Virus record (IMG/VR): IMGVR_UViG_3300045282_000259
Span: 1-50,318 of that record
Direction: 5' to 3' (one strand)
Length of the DNA stretch: 50,318 bases
From: a virus
Taxonomy: Duplodnaviria > Caudoviricetes
Of the stretch, positions 8,508 to 17,737 are shown piece by piece. Under the pieces are notes generated by a model, which was not told the origin of the DNA, searched no databases, and was given only the letters and a program-made list of their open reading frames with translations. A program made the translations under genes and the position numbers. How positions within the stretch are numbered: position 1 is the first letter of the stretch; the number at the start of each line of letters is the position of its first letter.

Positions 8508-9215
8508 CTACCCAAAATCATCGTCCGCCATCTCGTTCGACGGCACTATTGTAACGTGAGGCTTAGGCGGCTCGGCCCGCGTAGATCCAGTTGCAGGCGC
8601 AGTTCGCGTGTCTGTAGCGTCAGAATGCCCCGAGGGTACGTTCCCGCTTTTGGGCACAAACACTAGATCCCCTCGTGGCGACCAGCCTGAGATCTTGAAA
8701 GTCGGATGATAGTTGGTCGACTTCTGCGCGCCTGTTCCGGTCGTTACAGGCGTGATTTTCTCCACCACCAGCACAGGAAGTTTCCCCGGATACTTGCCGT
8801 GCTCGGCGAGATACTGCTCATAGACAACCTCGACGCCGGACAGAAACGCCTTGCTGGTGCCGGCGATTTCGCGAAGGGGTTTGTCACCGCCGCAGTCTTT
8901 CGACAGCTTCACCATGAACCTGATGCCATTCTTGTGGTTGGGGCTTGGCCGATCCGGCAATTGCGTGCCCATGGGCACTAATCTGAAATCTGGCGCCGTG
9001 CTTGGCGTGAACAATATCCAGCCGGTTTCGAGATTGTCGAAGTCGGCAATGAATTTCACGATCGGCGTAATATCCACCGGCTCATTTTCGAAGACGCCGT
9101 TATTATCGACGCGCTCCATGCGGAAGAACCGTCCTGCGCGGGCGTCGTATTTTAGGACTGGTGTGAAGTCGCCGCCACCTGTAGGCTCAGTAGAAAATCC
9201 AAACACGTTGCTCAT
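8508..9215 (-). CDS. putative single-stranded DNA-binding/annealing protein
   Basis: follows the exonuclease; Pro-rich linker and acidic-aromatic tail ADDDFG. Confidence 0.6.
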   Translation of the reverse strand: MSNVFGFSTEPTGGGDFTPVLKYDARAGRFFRMERVDNNGVFENEPVDITPIVKFIADFDNLETGWILFTPSTAPDFRLVPMGTQLPDRPSPNHKNGIRFMVKLSKDCGGDKPLREIAGTSKAFLSGVEVVYEQYLAEHGKYPGKLPVLVVEKITPVTTGTGAQKSTNYHPTFKISGWSPRGDLVFVPKSGNVPSGHSDATDTRTAPATGSTRAEPPKPHVTIVPSNEMADDDFG

Positions 9216-9257
9216 TTTGACATCTCCTAAAAGCTGCGATGGGCTCGCAGCGCGCCG

Positions 9258-9992
9258 TTAGATTCGCCAGTGTTCATAAGCGAGTTGTCGCGCAGCCGGC
9301 GCCGTCCAGTAGAATGAATCGAGATCCGGTACGGTGATATCGACGTAGAATTGCGGATCGTCCGACAACGACAAGAATTTCTCGACACGCAGCGCCACCT
9401 GATAGAGCGCCGCCCGGTGCGCATCGATGTTCTCGACTGCGTAGGTCTGGCATTTCTTAGGGGTGCAGTAGGTTATGCGAGCGTCGGCGTTGTTACTGGT
9501 GACATACAGCGAAACCTGCTTGGCGTGATTGACCTTCACCTCGGACGGCATACGCTCGGAGGTCTTTAGATCCGTGGTGATGTTGTGATCACTCCAATGG
9601 AAATCGAAATAGCCGATGATCGGCAGTGTCAGGCCCTCCGGCTTCCATTCCACCAGACCCTGGGTATGCGAGGGCACGCCATAGGGGCGCAGTTCGATCA
9701 GCGCCTGCTTGATCATGTCGGGAATGTTAGCGCGGTATTTCTCGCGACGCTCGTCCGTAGACATCGCGGTAATGGTGTCATAGCGCGTGTAGGCAACGTC
9801 GACGCACGCTTCCAGTAGGGCATCCGGTTTCAATAAGCCAAGCGTCACGCCATCCTCGACAGCTGCGCCCCGATGCGCGGGAACGCCAACCGGCTGCTTA
9901 AGGCCAAGGATCTTTTCCAGCACCCACATGGCGGGCGCAGCAGCAAACAGGTTCAGCGACGATGGCGAATGATGTTTGTAAATTTCAATCAT
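9258..9992 (-). CDS. PD-(D/E)XK exonuclease (Cas4/RecB-like)
   Basis: SPSSL, RG, GYFD...DLKT, QVSLY motifs. Confidence 0.85.
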   Translation of the reverse strand: MIEIYKHHSPSSLNLFAAAPAMWVLEKILGLKQPVGVPAHRGAAVEDGVTLGLLKPDALLEACVDVAYTRYDTITAMSTDERREKYRANIPDMIKQALIELRPYGVPSHTQGLVEWKPEGLTLPIIGYFDFHWSDHNITTDLKTSERMPSEVKVNHAKQVSLYVTSNNADARITYCTPKKCQTYAVENIDAHRAALYQVALRVEKFLSLSDDPQFYVDITVPDLDSFYWTAPAARQLAYEHWRI

Positions 9993-10153
9993 TCCTGCAT
10001 CTCTTTCTGCTTGCGCTGAAAATATTCCTCGCGGATTTCAGGCATTACCGCTCCGCAAGTGCATTCCCACCAGTACTGATCGGTGTGCCAGTCGCAGTCT
10101 GGTTTGTGATTGAGCGTAAAGATGCTTTCGTAGAATTCCTTGTCTGACATCAT
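9989..10153 (-). CDS. small Cys-containing hypothetical protein
   Basis: ATGA overlaps at both ends; HKPDC...CTCG. Confidence 0.5.
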   Translation of the reverse strand: MMSDKEFYESIFTLNHKPDCDWHTDQYWWECTCGAVMPEIREEYFQRKQKEMQE

Positions 10154-10626
10154 GCCGCTTCCTTCCGCGCAAACTGTGCGGCGTAAAGCGCGAGTAGTGC
10201 AGCCTCCGCTCGTCCTTGATCCTTCTTCCGCGCAAACGATGCCGCGCATGCCGGGAACGACTGAAGCGCCAAGGCCCGGCATTGCTCCTTGCCTTCGGGA
10301 CCGCCTCCAACCTTCATGGTCTTTTTCCACGCGCCAGGCGTGACCAGCGTGGTTGGAATATTGAGCAGGCTCACCACCACCCGGGCGGACGTGTAGGCCG
10401 AGCCAAACCGCCATGCCTGCTTGACGCCATCGCGCGGCATCGGACCGACACGTTCGATGTAGGCGATGTCGGGACCGAACGAGCGGATCATGTGGCTGAG
10501 TTGGTGGTGGTTGATTTCACCGTCCACCACCGGCATGTCGTAAACCGCAACACGATCCGGAATGCCGGTCATCAGCACAGCGAGCGCGCCGCCAAGTCCG
10601 GGATCGATAGCAAGGATACAGGTCAT
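10150..10626 (-). CDS. ruvC: RuvC-like Holliday junction resolvase
   Basis: ILAIDPG, AYIERV, FG, PGAWKK, GRAEAALLA. Confidence 0.85.
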   Translation of the reverse strand: MTCILAIDPGLGGALAVLMTGIPDRVAVYDMPVVDGEINHHQLSHMIRSFGPDIAYIERVGPMPRDGVKQAWRFGSAYTSARVVVSLLNIPTTLVTPGAWKKTMKVGGGPEGKEQCRALALQSFPACAASFARKKDQGRAEAALLALYAAQFARKEAA

Positions 10627-10919
10627 GTTGGCACCCGTTCGATCCGGTAGTGTCCACGCCGGTCGGGCCCGTCACCGCTGATGCGGATACGCACGTTGCT
10701 CTCCATCAGCATGCAGTTGATCTGGCAGACGTTGACGCGAACCGCGTTGGCGGTGGCGTTGCCCTGATAGCATTTGGCAATGATGCCCAGCGTGGTGATG
10801 CCTGGATTGCGGTCGATGGCGTCGAAGATCTGAGCTTTTCTTGGTGGCAGATAAACGCCACCGCGCTTCTGCGAAGGCATCGGTTGCTGGCAGCACGGAC
10901 AAAGCGGGTATCTGCTCAC
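10623..10919 (-). CDS. Zn-finger plus winged-HTH protein
   Basis: CPCCQQ then IFDAIDRNPGI...VRVNVCQIN. Confidence 0.6.
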   Translation of the reverse strand: MSRYPLCPCCQQPMPSQKRGGVYLPPRKAQIFDAIDRNPGITTLGIIAKCYQGNATANAVRVNVCQINCMLMESNVRIRISGDGPDRRGHYRIERVPT

Positions 10920-11000
10920 GGATCGTTGTGTTTCCCTTGTTTCTCTTGTTGGTCAGGTCGGCCACCGGGGCGAAAGGGACGCCATCACCCCGGTGACTTC

Positions 11001-11037
11001 ATCCGCGCGTGATGGTGGGACCGCTGCGCGCGGAATT
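11001..11037. repeat. intergenic hairpin repeat, copy A
   Basis: ATCCGCGCGT...GCGCGCGGAATT, also at 12299-12340. Confidence 0.7.
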
Positions 11038-11585
11038 CACTTATCCCACATCTTCCGAACATCATCCTCGCTCAGAACGTCACGAACAATCTCAGTCGGT
11101 TTTACCCGCGCGACGATCTTCGCTATCCAAGGCGTCACCTTTCGGCCAAACTGGCGAACCTCGTTACCGGTACAATCACCTATGGCCTTGCCATTCGGCA
11201 TGATCCAATCGAGCAATATCAACTCCGCCTGCTCCTTGATTTTCTCCCGCACCGCCTCGCGGATCGTTTCCTGCTTTGCAGCACGAACCTTTTTCGCCTC
11301 GCTTTGGCGCTTTTCGTCGCCCGGTCGCGGATAGAGTGCACACAGATAGTTGTGGTTGTTGGTGAACCAGTATTCGATGATGTTGACGAGACGGCGCTCT
11401 TCAGCCTCGCTTTCGAATGCCTCACGCACGGCAGCCGGCAATATTAGAGGTAGAAAATCCTTGAACAGCGCCTTGCCTTCGTGCGGGTCTTTAGCCTCGT
11501 CCATGAGTGACTTGAGCAGTTCGCGCGGCCCATGGCGCCAGCTTTGCTTCGATGCTCCGGTGCGTCCGACTTCCAATAAGGTCAT
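11037..11585 (-). CDS. hypothetical protein
   Basis: 182-aa ORF with AAGGAG RBS. Confidence 0.7.
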   Translation of the reverse strand: MTLLEVGRTGASKQSWRHGPRELLKSLMDEAKDPHEGKALFKDFLPLILPAAVREAFESEAEERRLVNIIEYWFTNNHNYLCALYPRPGDEKRQSEAKKVRAAKQETIREAVREKIKEQAELILLDWIMPNGKAIGDCTGNEVRQFGRKVTPWIAKIVARVKPTEIVRDVLSEDDVRKMWDK

Positions 11586-11596
11586 GGCGAGTCTCC

Positions 11597-12298
11597 TTAT
11601 ATGTTGAGGTTTGGTAGTTCTGCTTTTAACGCCAGATAAACGATCCTTCGGTCGCGTCTCGAAACTGAAAATCCCATCTCGCGATATACTTTCAGTGCCG
11701 CCAGTTCTCTTTGGCGTCGTATCCTGTCACTCTTCCGGCGCTGCTCTCTTTGTCGTTCGTTCATCTGCTCGCGAGTGAACTTGCGCGGTTGCCATTTCCT
11801 GTAGAGGCCGACGCCGTATAGATGCCAGTTTAGCGCTTCCATCTGGCGCGCTGCCTCCAAAATAAAAATATCAGTGCGTTTCGGAGCCAGTTGGTAACGA
11901 CTGCTCTTCCCAGCGTTTATTCGTCCTAATTTGCTGAAGCAATTCTTGCCGCAAGTCTGGCTCGACCAGCGAGTAATAAAAGCGCTTCCACAGATCACAC
12001 AGGTTTTGGTCCGTGACGGACGAAAATACTTACCGCTGTCTTTCCTCCGCTGGCGTATCCGTTCACGATTCAATTGGCCATACTTGCGATCCCTGGCGCG
12101 TATCTCTTCGAAATTCCGCTCTCGATAGCGACGACATCTATCTCTTTCATGCTCCTGAAGGCATAGCTTCGAACAATATAGAAACCGGCCTTGTCCTCGG
12201 TCAGGAAAGGCAATTCCGCAAGTGGCGCAATTCAGAATCCTACGCCTGAGCAGTTCACGCAAATAGCTGCACTCCTCTTCCGTCAGCTTCGGCAACAT
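11597..12298 (-). CDS. Arg-rich protein with two CxxC...CxxxC zinc-finger repeats (homing-endonuclease-associated type)
   Basis: CATCG...YCSKLC and CVICG...TCGKNC; lower GC. Confidence 0.6.
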   Translation of the reverse strand: MLPKLTEEECSYLRELLRRRILNCATCGIAFPDRGQGRFLYCSKLCLQEHERDRCRRYRERNFEEIRARDRKYGQLNRERIRQRRKDSGKYFRPSRTKTCVICGSAFITRWSSQTCGKNCFSKLGRINAGKSSRYQLAPKRTDIFILEAARQMEALNWHLYGVGLYRKWQPRKFTREQMNERQREQRRKSDRIRRQRELAALKVYREMGFSVSRRDRRIVYLALKAELPNLNI

Positions 12299-12340
12299 AT
12301 CCGCGCGTCGGATAGTGGGGATTAGTGGGCGCGCGGAATT
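12299..12340. repeat. intergenic hairpin repeat, copy B
   Basis: same ends as 11001-11037; lies immediately after the cro stop. Confidence 0.7.
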
Positions 12341-12342
12341 TC

Positions 12343-12576
12343 TTAAGCTGCGCGTTTGCGCTTCTCGTAACCGCGCATCCGCCACAGATGCGGCGGTGCG
12401 GTGTAGTCGAGCGCCGTCAGCGCATCGGTCATGATTTTGTAGGTATTGGAAGGAAACGACTCGAAGACGTAGAGCCAGTTTAAAGTCGCTGACTTGGTGG
12501 CGCGCGTTAGCGCGGCGACCTTCTTGATTCCGCCCAAGGCTTCGACAATTTCCGCTGCGCTGGTGAGGTTCTTCAT
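12343..12576 (-). CDS. cro: Cro-like repressor
   Basis: IVEALGGIKKVAALT...W...FP pattern; divergent from the CI-like gene. Confidence 0.75.
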   Translation of the reverse strand: MKNLTSAAEIVEALGGIKKVAALTRATKSATLNWLYVFESFPSNTYKIMTDALTALDYTAPPHLWRMRGYEKRKRAA

Positions 12577-12614
12577 GGGAAGGAAGGCCACCCCGAATGG
12601 ACGAGACGGGAGCC

Positions 12615-12644
12615 AGCCTATTACCAAGCCGTTTGGTAAGTCAA
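12615..12644 (-). promoter_or_regulatory. PR-like promoter with operator between -35 and -10
   Basis: TTGACT-18-TAGGCT; the spacer is the palindrome TTACCAA-GCCGT-TTGGTAA. Confidence 0.7.
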
Positions 12645-12701
12645 TTAACCTTTACAAAATTTCTTGTTAGTTTGCCCAAAGTCCTAATTGAAAAGTGTTC
12701 C

Positions 12702-12740
12702 AACCAAATATATTGGTAACTGGTGCCAAATCATTTGGCG
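12702..12740. promoter_or_regulatory. two further operators (CCAA-N5-TTGG)
   Basis: AACCAAATATATTGGTA at 12702-12718; TGCCAAATCATTTGGCG at 12724-12740. Confidence 0.65.
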
Positions 12741-12758
12741 TCAGCGCAGAAGGACAGT

Positions 12759-13007
12759 ATGAAATCGGCGAAGACTAGGAACGACAGGAGCGAAGCGATC
12801 CGGCGGCGATTGATGACGGTCCGCACCAAGGAGACCGGCGACAATCGATCCGCGTTCGCGCGCAAGCTAGGCCTATCGGTCAACCGCTGGAACAATTACG
12901 AGCACGGCTACCCTGTTCCCTTGAGCGTGATTATCGACATCATCAATCTCCCCACCGGATACACGGCTGGCTATCTCATTGATGGCGATATGGGAAGTTT
13001 TGATTAA
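12759..13007 (+). CDS. CI-like XRE HTH repressor (short, no peptidase domain)
   Basis: AAGGA RBS; RSAFARKLGLSVNRWNNYEHG HTH; divergent from cro. Confidence 0.75.
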   Translation: MKSAKTRNDRSEAIRRRLMTVRTKETGDNRSAFARKLGLSVNRWNNYEHGYPVPLSVIIDIINLPTGYTAGYLIDGDMGSFD

Positions 13008-13192
13008 GAGACTGGCGGATGAGTTGGATGGGCTAGAAGCTCAATTGTTCGCACCCAAAGGGAAACGCTCTTCGTAACCTTCGAAATGTGCTGGCAGTAC
13101 ATTTTTGCGGTTTTTGAAGCGAGTTCCGGATTAGCTGGCGTTGCTCTCATCAGTTGATCCATCGCCAGTTCTACCTCTTCTTTTTCTGTCAT
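13004..13192 (-). CDS. hypothetical protein (low GC, convergent on repressor)
   Basis: GGAGG RBS before the ATG at 13192. Confidence 0.5.
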   Translation of the reverse strand: MTEKEEVELAMDQLMRATPANPELASKTAKMYCQHISKVTKSVSLWVRTIELLAHPTHPPVS

Positions 13193-13537
13193 GTGCAAAA
13201 TCCCTCCCACGTCCGGGGGAGCCCAGAACTGATACAACAATGCTTTCCGCCTGATTGTTTTTGATGAGCGTTCAACCTTACGCTTTTTTAATTTTCCGTG
13301 AAGGTGAAATGTCAGGCCGGTGACAAATTTTTTCCAACTGCGACTCTCTTGACTTAGATCAAGCGCGAACGCAGCGAACCGAGTCGCCCTCTTCAAACAA
13401 GGTCAGCGCTGCTACCTTTTGACATCGTATAATTACAGACCTGGCTTAGAGATTCGTGCAGCCCGTCACGCGAAAGCACGCCATCTGCACATCATTCTGT
13501 TCATGTGTAAAAATTTTTTCCAAAGGAAATTTGGAGC

Positions 13538-13567
13538 TAGACCTACCAAGTCATTTGGTATTAGGCT
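13538..13567 (+). promoter_or_regulatory. PL-like promoter with operator
   Basis: TAGACC-18-TAGGCT with TACCAA-GTCAT-TTGGTA as spacer; same layout as PR. Confidence 0.7.
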
Positions 13568-13597
13568 CCGACGCTGTTCATCGAGTGGAGGGGGGTA

Positions 13598-13888
13598 ATG
13601 AGCTATATGACCCGCTTGCCAGGCATCCCCGACACCGACGAAATTAAGCCAGGGATGGCCTTCTTTGTCGGCACCGGGCCATTAGGAAAAACCTGCGGCG
13701 ACTGTGCGCACCGCGGCTATTGGCGGCCGGCCAAGGACAAGTTTAATCCACGCATACAGCTGCTCGAAGAGAAGCATTACAGAACCCAGGCGTGCCGAAA
13801 ATATTTCGAACTCAGCATGAGGCACGGGCTGCCGGTCAAGGCCGACTGGGCGGCGTGTAAGTATTGGGAGGGGAGGCCAGAGAAGTGA
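13598..13888 (+). CDS. Cys-rich hypothetical phage protein
   Basis: GGAGG RBS; TCGDC...C...ACKYWE. Confidence 0.7.
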   Translation: MSYMTRLPGIPDTDEIKPGMAFFVGTGPLGKTCGDCAHRGYWRPAKDKFNPRIQLLEEKHYRTQACRKYFELSMRHGLPVKADWAACKYWEGRPEK

Positions 13889-14133
13889 CAACATCCATAG
13901 AGTACGCCGTACCGCGCCGCATGCTTACCATTGCCCAGGTGCTTGAAATCGTCCCAGTGGGGCGCACAACGCTTTTCAAGATGGAACGTGAAGGCACCTT
14001 CCCGGCCAGCCACTACGTCAGCGCCAACCGCCGGTTCTGGTACGCCGACGAGGTCGCCGAGTGGCAGGCCGCCCTGCCACTTAACCGCCGTATCCGCCGC
14101 AAGCCCGTTCAAGTCCGTTCAGTGAACGGATAA
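13885..14133 (+). CDS. AlpA-family excisionase/regulator
   Basis: LTIAQVLEIVPVGRTTLFKMEREGTFP...WYADEVAEW; upstream of attP/int. Confidence 0.85.
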   Translation: MTTSIEYAVPRRMLTIAQVLEIVPVGRTTLFKMEREGTFPASHYVSANRRFWYADEVAEWQAALPLNRRIRRKPVQVRSVNG

Positions 14134-14473
14134 GGACTATTCTAGTGCTGGAGTAGTGCTAGGGGCCTTTTGGCCCCTTTTTCTTTGTCGTCAAAAATCC
14201 AAGAAACCCCCATCGTTATTGACTTTCTTGCATTTCCGAAAAAGCTTGACCGCATCACATAGTGCCGCTATAAGTTGTAAAGTTGAACCGGGGTGAACAG
14301 ACAAAACTCTATAAAACTAGACACCACTTGATAGGCTCGTTCAAGCCCGTTCGACGACGTTTCCGCCACCTTAGTGCAATTCGCACTAAAAACCATCGCA
14401 AAAACCATCGTCGCATCGGCGAACGTGATGCGACCTAGAGCCGCTAGCACTACTAGCACTAACCGGAGCCAAC
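14134..14473. other. putative attP region
   Basis: intergenic between xis and int; TAGTGC/GCACTA arm-type repeats at 14143, 14154, 14260, 14372, 14383, 14447, 14456. Confidence 0.6.
14161..14186 (+). terminator. rho-independent terminator after xis
   Basis: AGGGGCC-TTTT-GGCCCCT followed by a T run. Confidence 0.7.
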
Positions 14474-15796
14474 ATGCCCCAGCTTACCGTCAAACTCTGT
14501 GCCCAGCCGGTCGCCAAGCAGACCAAATACTTCGATGAAAAATGCCCCGGCCTCTATGCTGGTGTCGGCCCCAAGGGGAGGGTGACCTTCTTCTACAAGT
14601 TCTGGAACAAGCAAATCGGCAAGCAAGAAACGGTTGAGATCGGCCGCTGCGAGCAGGACCAGTTGACCGCCGAGGTCATCAATCTTGTTCGTGCCGATGC
14701 GCAGGATAGAAGTTCCAGGATCAAGCGAGGCCTGGTCAGTCAAGTCAAGGTGCGACACGTTCAACAGAGGACCGAGATCGGCGGGGCTAGCGTCGATCGC
14801 GTAATCGATGACTTCGTTGCCTACATCAGCAAGCCGGTCAAACAGCCGGACGGCGAGATGCGCCCGCGGCTGGCAAGCTGGAAAAATATCGAAGGCTTTC
14901 TGGAACGCGAAGTGCGGCCCGACATCGGCAAGTATATTGCCGCCGAGGTTACCAACAGCGACATTGCCCGCATTCAGAAACGGATCGCTATTCGCTCGAC
15001 CAGCGGCGCGCGACAAGTTCGCAGCGTCATGATTCGTCTGTTCAAGTTCGGTGCCGAGGCAGACAACCCTTATGGTCTGAAGATCAGTCCGTGCCACAAC
15101 CTGCCCAAGGTTGACAAGGAGCACCCATGTACGCGTGTTCTCAATGTCGAGGAGATCCGGACGCTATGGTGGGGCCTCGACGATCCTAGCCTGCCGTGCA
15201 TCCGGTCAGTGGCGCTCGCCATTAAGTTCGAACTGGTTTCGATGCTGCGGACTGCCGAGTTCCGCCAAGCTCGACGCAGCCAGATCGATGGCTTTGGAAC
15301 CTCGACGCCGGTCCTTCGTGTTCCAATGAAGCTTGTGAAGAAGCGCCGCGCGATCCATCAGCCGCTCAACAGTCTCGCGGTCGAGATCGTCAACGAGGCG
15401 CTCTCGTTACACAATAACGACGTGATCTTCTCGCCTCGCATGCTCGACCCGGAGGCCGTGCTGAACCGCAGCGCGCTCAACCATGCCCTCGCCGGCAAGG
15501 AGGGCCGTCCTGGAATCATCCAGCTTCTCGGCATGAAACGGTTTACCCCGCACGATCTGCGCCGCACCGCGGCGACACTAGCGAGCGATATCGGTTGCAC
15601 CGATGCCGAAATCGCCAAGTGTCTTGATCATGCCAAAGGAGCGGGCGAGAACGTCGCGGAGGTTCCGTCCGTAACCGGGCGCGTCTATATCCAGTCGGAG
15701 CACCTCGACAGAAAGCGCAAGGTTCTCAGCGCCATCGACGCTGCGTTGCGAGAGATTATTGGCCCGCGTCCAAGGAAGCTCAAAATGGTTGCTTAA
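14474..15796 (+). CDS. int: tyrosine integrase with N-terminal arm-binding domain
   Basis: YFDEKCPGLY arm domain; catalytic R (LRTAE), HDLRR, LDH, VY. Confidence 0.93.
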   Translation: MPQLTVKLCAQPVAKQTKYFDEKCPGLYAGVGPKGRVTFFYKFWNKQIGKQETVEIGRCEQDQLTAEVINLVRADAQDRSSRIKRGLVSQVKVRHVQQRTEIGGASVDRVIDDFVAYISKPVKQPDGEMRPRLASWKNIEGFLEREVRPDIGKYIAAEVTNSDIARIQKRIAIRSTSGARQVRSVMIRLFKFGAEADNPYGLKISPCHNLPKVDKEHPCTRVLNVEEIRTLWWGLDDPSLPCIRSVALAIKFELVSMLRTAEFRQARRSQIDGFGTSTPVLRVPMKLVKKRRAIHQPLNSLAVEIVNEALSLHNNDVIFSPRMLDPEAVLNRSALNHALAGKEGRPGIIQLLGMKRFTPHDLRRTAATLASDIGCTDAEIAKCLDHAKGAGENVAEVPSVTGRVYIQSEHLDRKRKVLSAIDAALREIIGPRPRKLKMVA

Positions 15797-15812
15797 AGGG
15801 GCGGTGCCAAAA

Positions 15813-16046
15813 CTAGCGGCCCTTCTTTGGCGGCGTCGGCTTGATGTCGATGCCAGTCGTGCCCAGAAACCGCACCCCGGCAGTTTCCAGCGCACCCCGC
15901 ATCGCCGTCAAGTTATTAGGATGCGGTTCCCGCCGCCCGGCCTCAAAGTCGAGGATCGTGTTTACAGACACTTTTGCTTTGGCCGCGAGTTCAGCTTGGG
16001 TCCAACGTAGCAACGCGCGAGCTGCCATACATTGTTCTGGCGACAT
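15813..16046 (-). CDS. XRE-family HTH regulator
   Basis: QCMAARALLRWTQAELAAKAKVSVNTILDFEAG...ALETAGVRF. Confidence 0.85.
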   Translation of the reverse strand: MSPEQCMAARALLRWTQAELAAKAKVSVNTILDFEAGRREPHPNNLTAMRGALETAGVRFLGTTGIDIKPTPPKKGR

Positions 16047-16244
16047 CACCGAATTGTAGTAACTCTTTGAAATTTCGTCAAAATTCGTTATTTTTTCCAA
16101 CATGCGACATTATACCACAGATTGAAATTTAATCGCATAATGCCACAAAATTTGCAATGTTCTTTATTTTATTTAGAGAGGCCTCGCGCCCGCCGCGCGA
16201 GGATGCCTCGTCGCACTTCCACGCGACCCAACAACGAGGCCAAC

Positions 16245-16274
16245 TGGGAGCCGTGCGTGCGGCTCCCATTTTTT
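16245..16274 (+). terminator. rho-independent terminator
   Basis: TGGGAGCCG-TGCGTG-CGGCTCCCA then TTTTTT. Confidence 0.7.
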
Positions 16275-16354
16275 CGTTAAAAACAGAATTGACGCATTTC
16301 GCATGGAAGATCGCCCGCGTAGCCTATGCGCGCAAGCCAGGGAGGGGCGGCGGT

Positions 16355-16609
16355 ATGACCTACGATGAACATTGCAAGCTGCTCGACGTACTGGCCGAAC
16401 AGGGTTTAGCCGCGCTCGATCACGCCGACGAGGATGCCGCGCTGCTCTATGTCACCGCGCTCATCGATCTTGTGATCAGGCACGGCGATGAATTGCGTCG
16501 CGACGCGCCGCCAGTCGACCAGATAAGATTGCAGGAAATGAAGCGGCTGTTCCGGCCGATCCTGCAGGCGATCGAAGAGCGGCTGGGACCGCGCAAGTCA
16601 TGGCAGTGA
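16355..16609 (+). CDS. hypothetical protein
   Basis: GGAGG RBS; ATG at 16355. Confidence 0.6.
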   Translation: MTYDEHCKLLDVLAEQGLAALDHADEDAALLYVTALIDLVIRHGDELRRDAPPVDQIRLQEMKRLFRPILQAIEERLGPRKSWQ

Positions 16610-17067
16610 TCGGCGATGATGGCGGCAAACCGAAAATGGACGAGGTCACCGAGGCGCGCCTCGAGGCGGCGATCGTGGTGGTCGCGCGCGCGATCGACAA
16701 GACCGGGGAAACAACCTGGGTGCCGCTGCTGGAAAAGCTCGAGGCTGAACTGAAGAAAATGAAAGGCGCGCGCGACGGTGTTGCGCGCGCGCGCCAGATC
16801 ACGGAAGCCTACAACGCAAAGGGGCTTGACGATGATCAGACGCGAGCAGTGCGGCTGGTGCAAATGATCCGGCCGCTGCTCGCCGGTAACCAGCCTGAAG
16901 CGGTCGGCGCCGCGCTTGGCGAACTGGTCGCGATCTTCCTCGCCGGCCATCATCCATCGACGCGCGCTGAGGCCAGGCAGACGCTGCTCGAACTGATCGA
17001 CGAACTGGTGCCGGTCTCGATCGAGGAAATGATCGAGCAAGGCCGAGTGCCCATGGAGTGGCAATGA
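16600..17067 (+). CDS. hypothetical protein
   Basis: 155-aa ORF in operon; ATGA-coupled to the next gene. Confidence 0.65.
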   Translation: MAVIGDDGGKPKMDEVTEARLEAAIVVVARAIDKTGETTWVPLLEKLEAELKKMKGARDGVARARQITEAYNAKGLDDDQTRAVRLVQMIRPLLAGNQPEAVGAALGELVAIFLAGHHPSTRAEARQTLLELIDELVPVSIEEMIEQGRVPMEWQ

Positions 17068-17324
17068 GCAACATCAAGGTTAGTTTTGTCAGCCACCAGC
17101 GCAAAGCCAAGGTTGCGCCAAATCCGCAATATCCGGATGGGATCGACATCGATTTGAGGAACGGCGCCAAACAGGGTTGTGAAACGCCGTTGCCTTATCC
17201 GGCCCAATGCTGCGGCATCCTGCTGGTTCGCTGCTCGACATGCGGCGCCAGCGCAGCAATCACGACAGCCGGTCGCGCCGACGATCCGCGCAGCGTCAAA
17301 CTGGCTTGCAAGACATGGCAATAA
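17064..17324 (+). CDS. Cys-rich conserved phage protein
   Basis: LPYPAQCCG...CSTCG...TTAGRADDPRSV. Confidence 0.65.
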   Translation: MSNIKVSFVSHQRKAKVAPNPQYPDGIDIDLRNGAKQGCETPLPYPAQCCGILLVRCSTCGASAAITTAGRADDPRSVKLACKTWQ

Positions 17325-17737
17325 ACCCGCCCAGAGCCATAGTACCTGCCGCCGTGCTGGTATGGTCCGGCCTTGCGGTGGCGGCGCTGTCGGCTCGTCA
17401 AAGCGAGCCGGTGGCGGCGCTGGCCGAGGCCGAGCCAGCTCACCCCTTTCAAGCGCGCTGGGACGACGCGACCCTGGCCGATCAGCCGTTGCTGAAGAAG
17501 CAAGATCGTCTGCCGCTGGCGACGGTGGCAGATGTCGTAGTTACTGAGCGCATCAAGCCGCCAGCCCCGGATGCGCCGGTGAGCGTGCCGCCTGTGATCC
17601 TGGTGCAGGACGACGATGACAAGTCGCCGCCTGCATCGCGACACAGGCGGCAGCACGCGGAAGTTAATACCTGCACCAAGCATCACATGAGGAAGGTCGT
17701 AGTGCGAGGCGGGAAATCATGGCGATGCAGGAAATGA
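17315..17737 (+). CDS. membrane-anchored or exported protein
   Basis: N-terminal hydrophobic segment; C-terminal CTKHHMRKV...SWRCRK. Confidence 0.6.
   Translation: MAINPPRAIVPAAVLVWSGLAVAALSARQSEPVAALAEAEPAHPFQARWDDATLADQPLLKKQDRLPLATVADVVVTERIKPPAPDAPVSVPPVILVQDDDDKSPPASRHRRQHAEVNTCTKHHMRKVVVRGGKSWRCRK

Noticed and set aside
14134-14473. tRNA gene or fragment at attP
   Set aside because: No T-loop GTTCGA in a cloverleaf context and no CCA end recognisable; no tRNA seen elsewhere by eye
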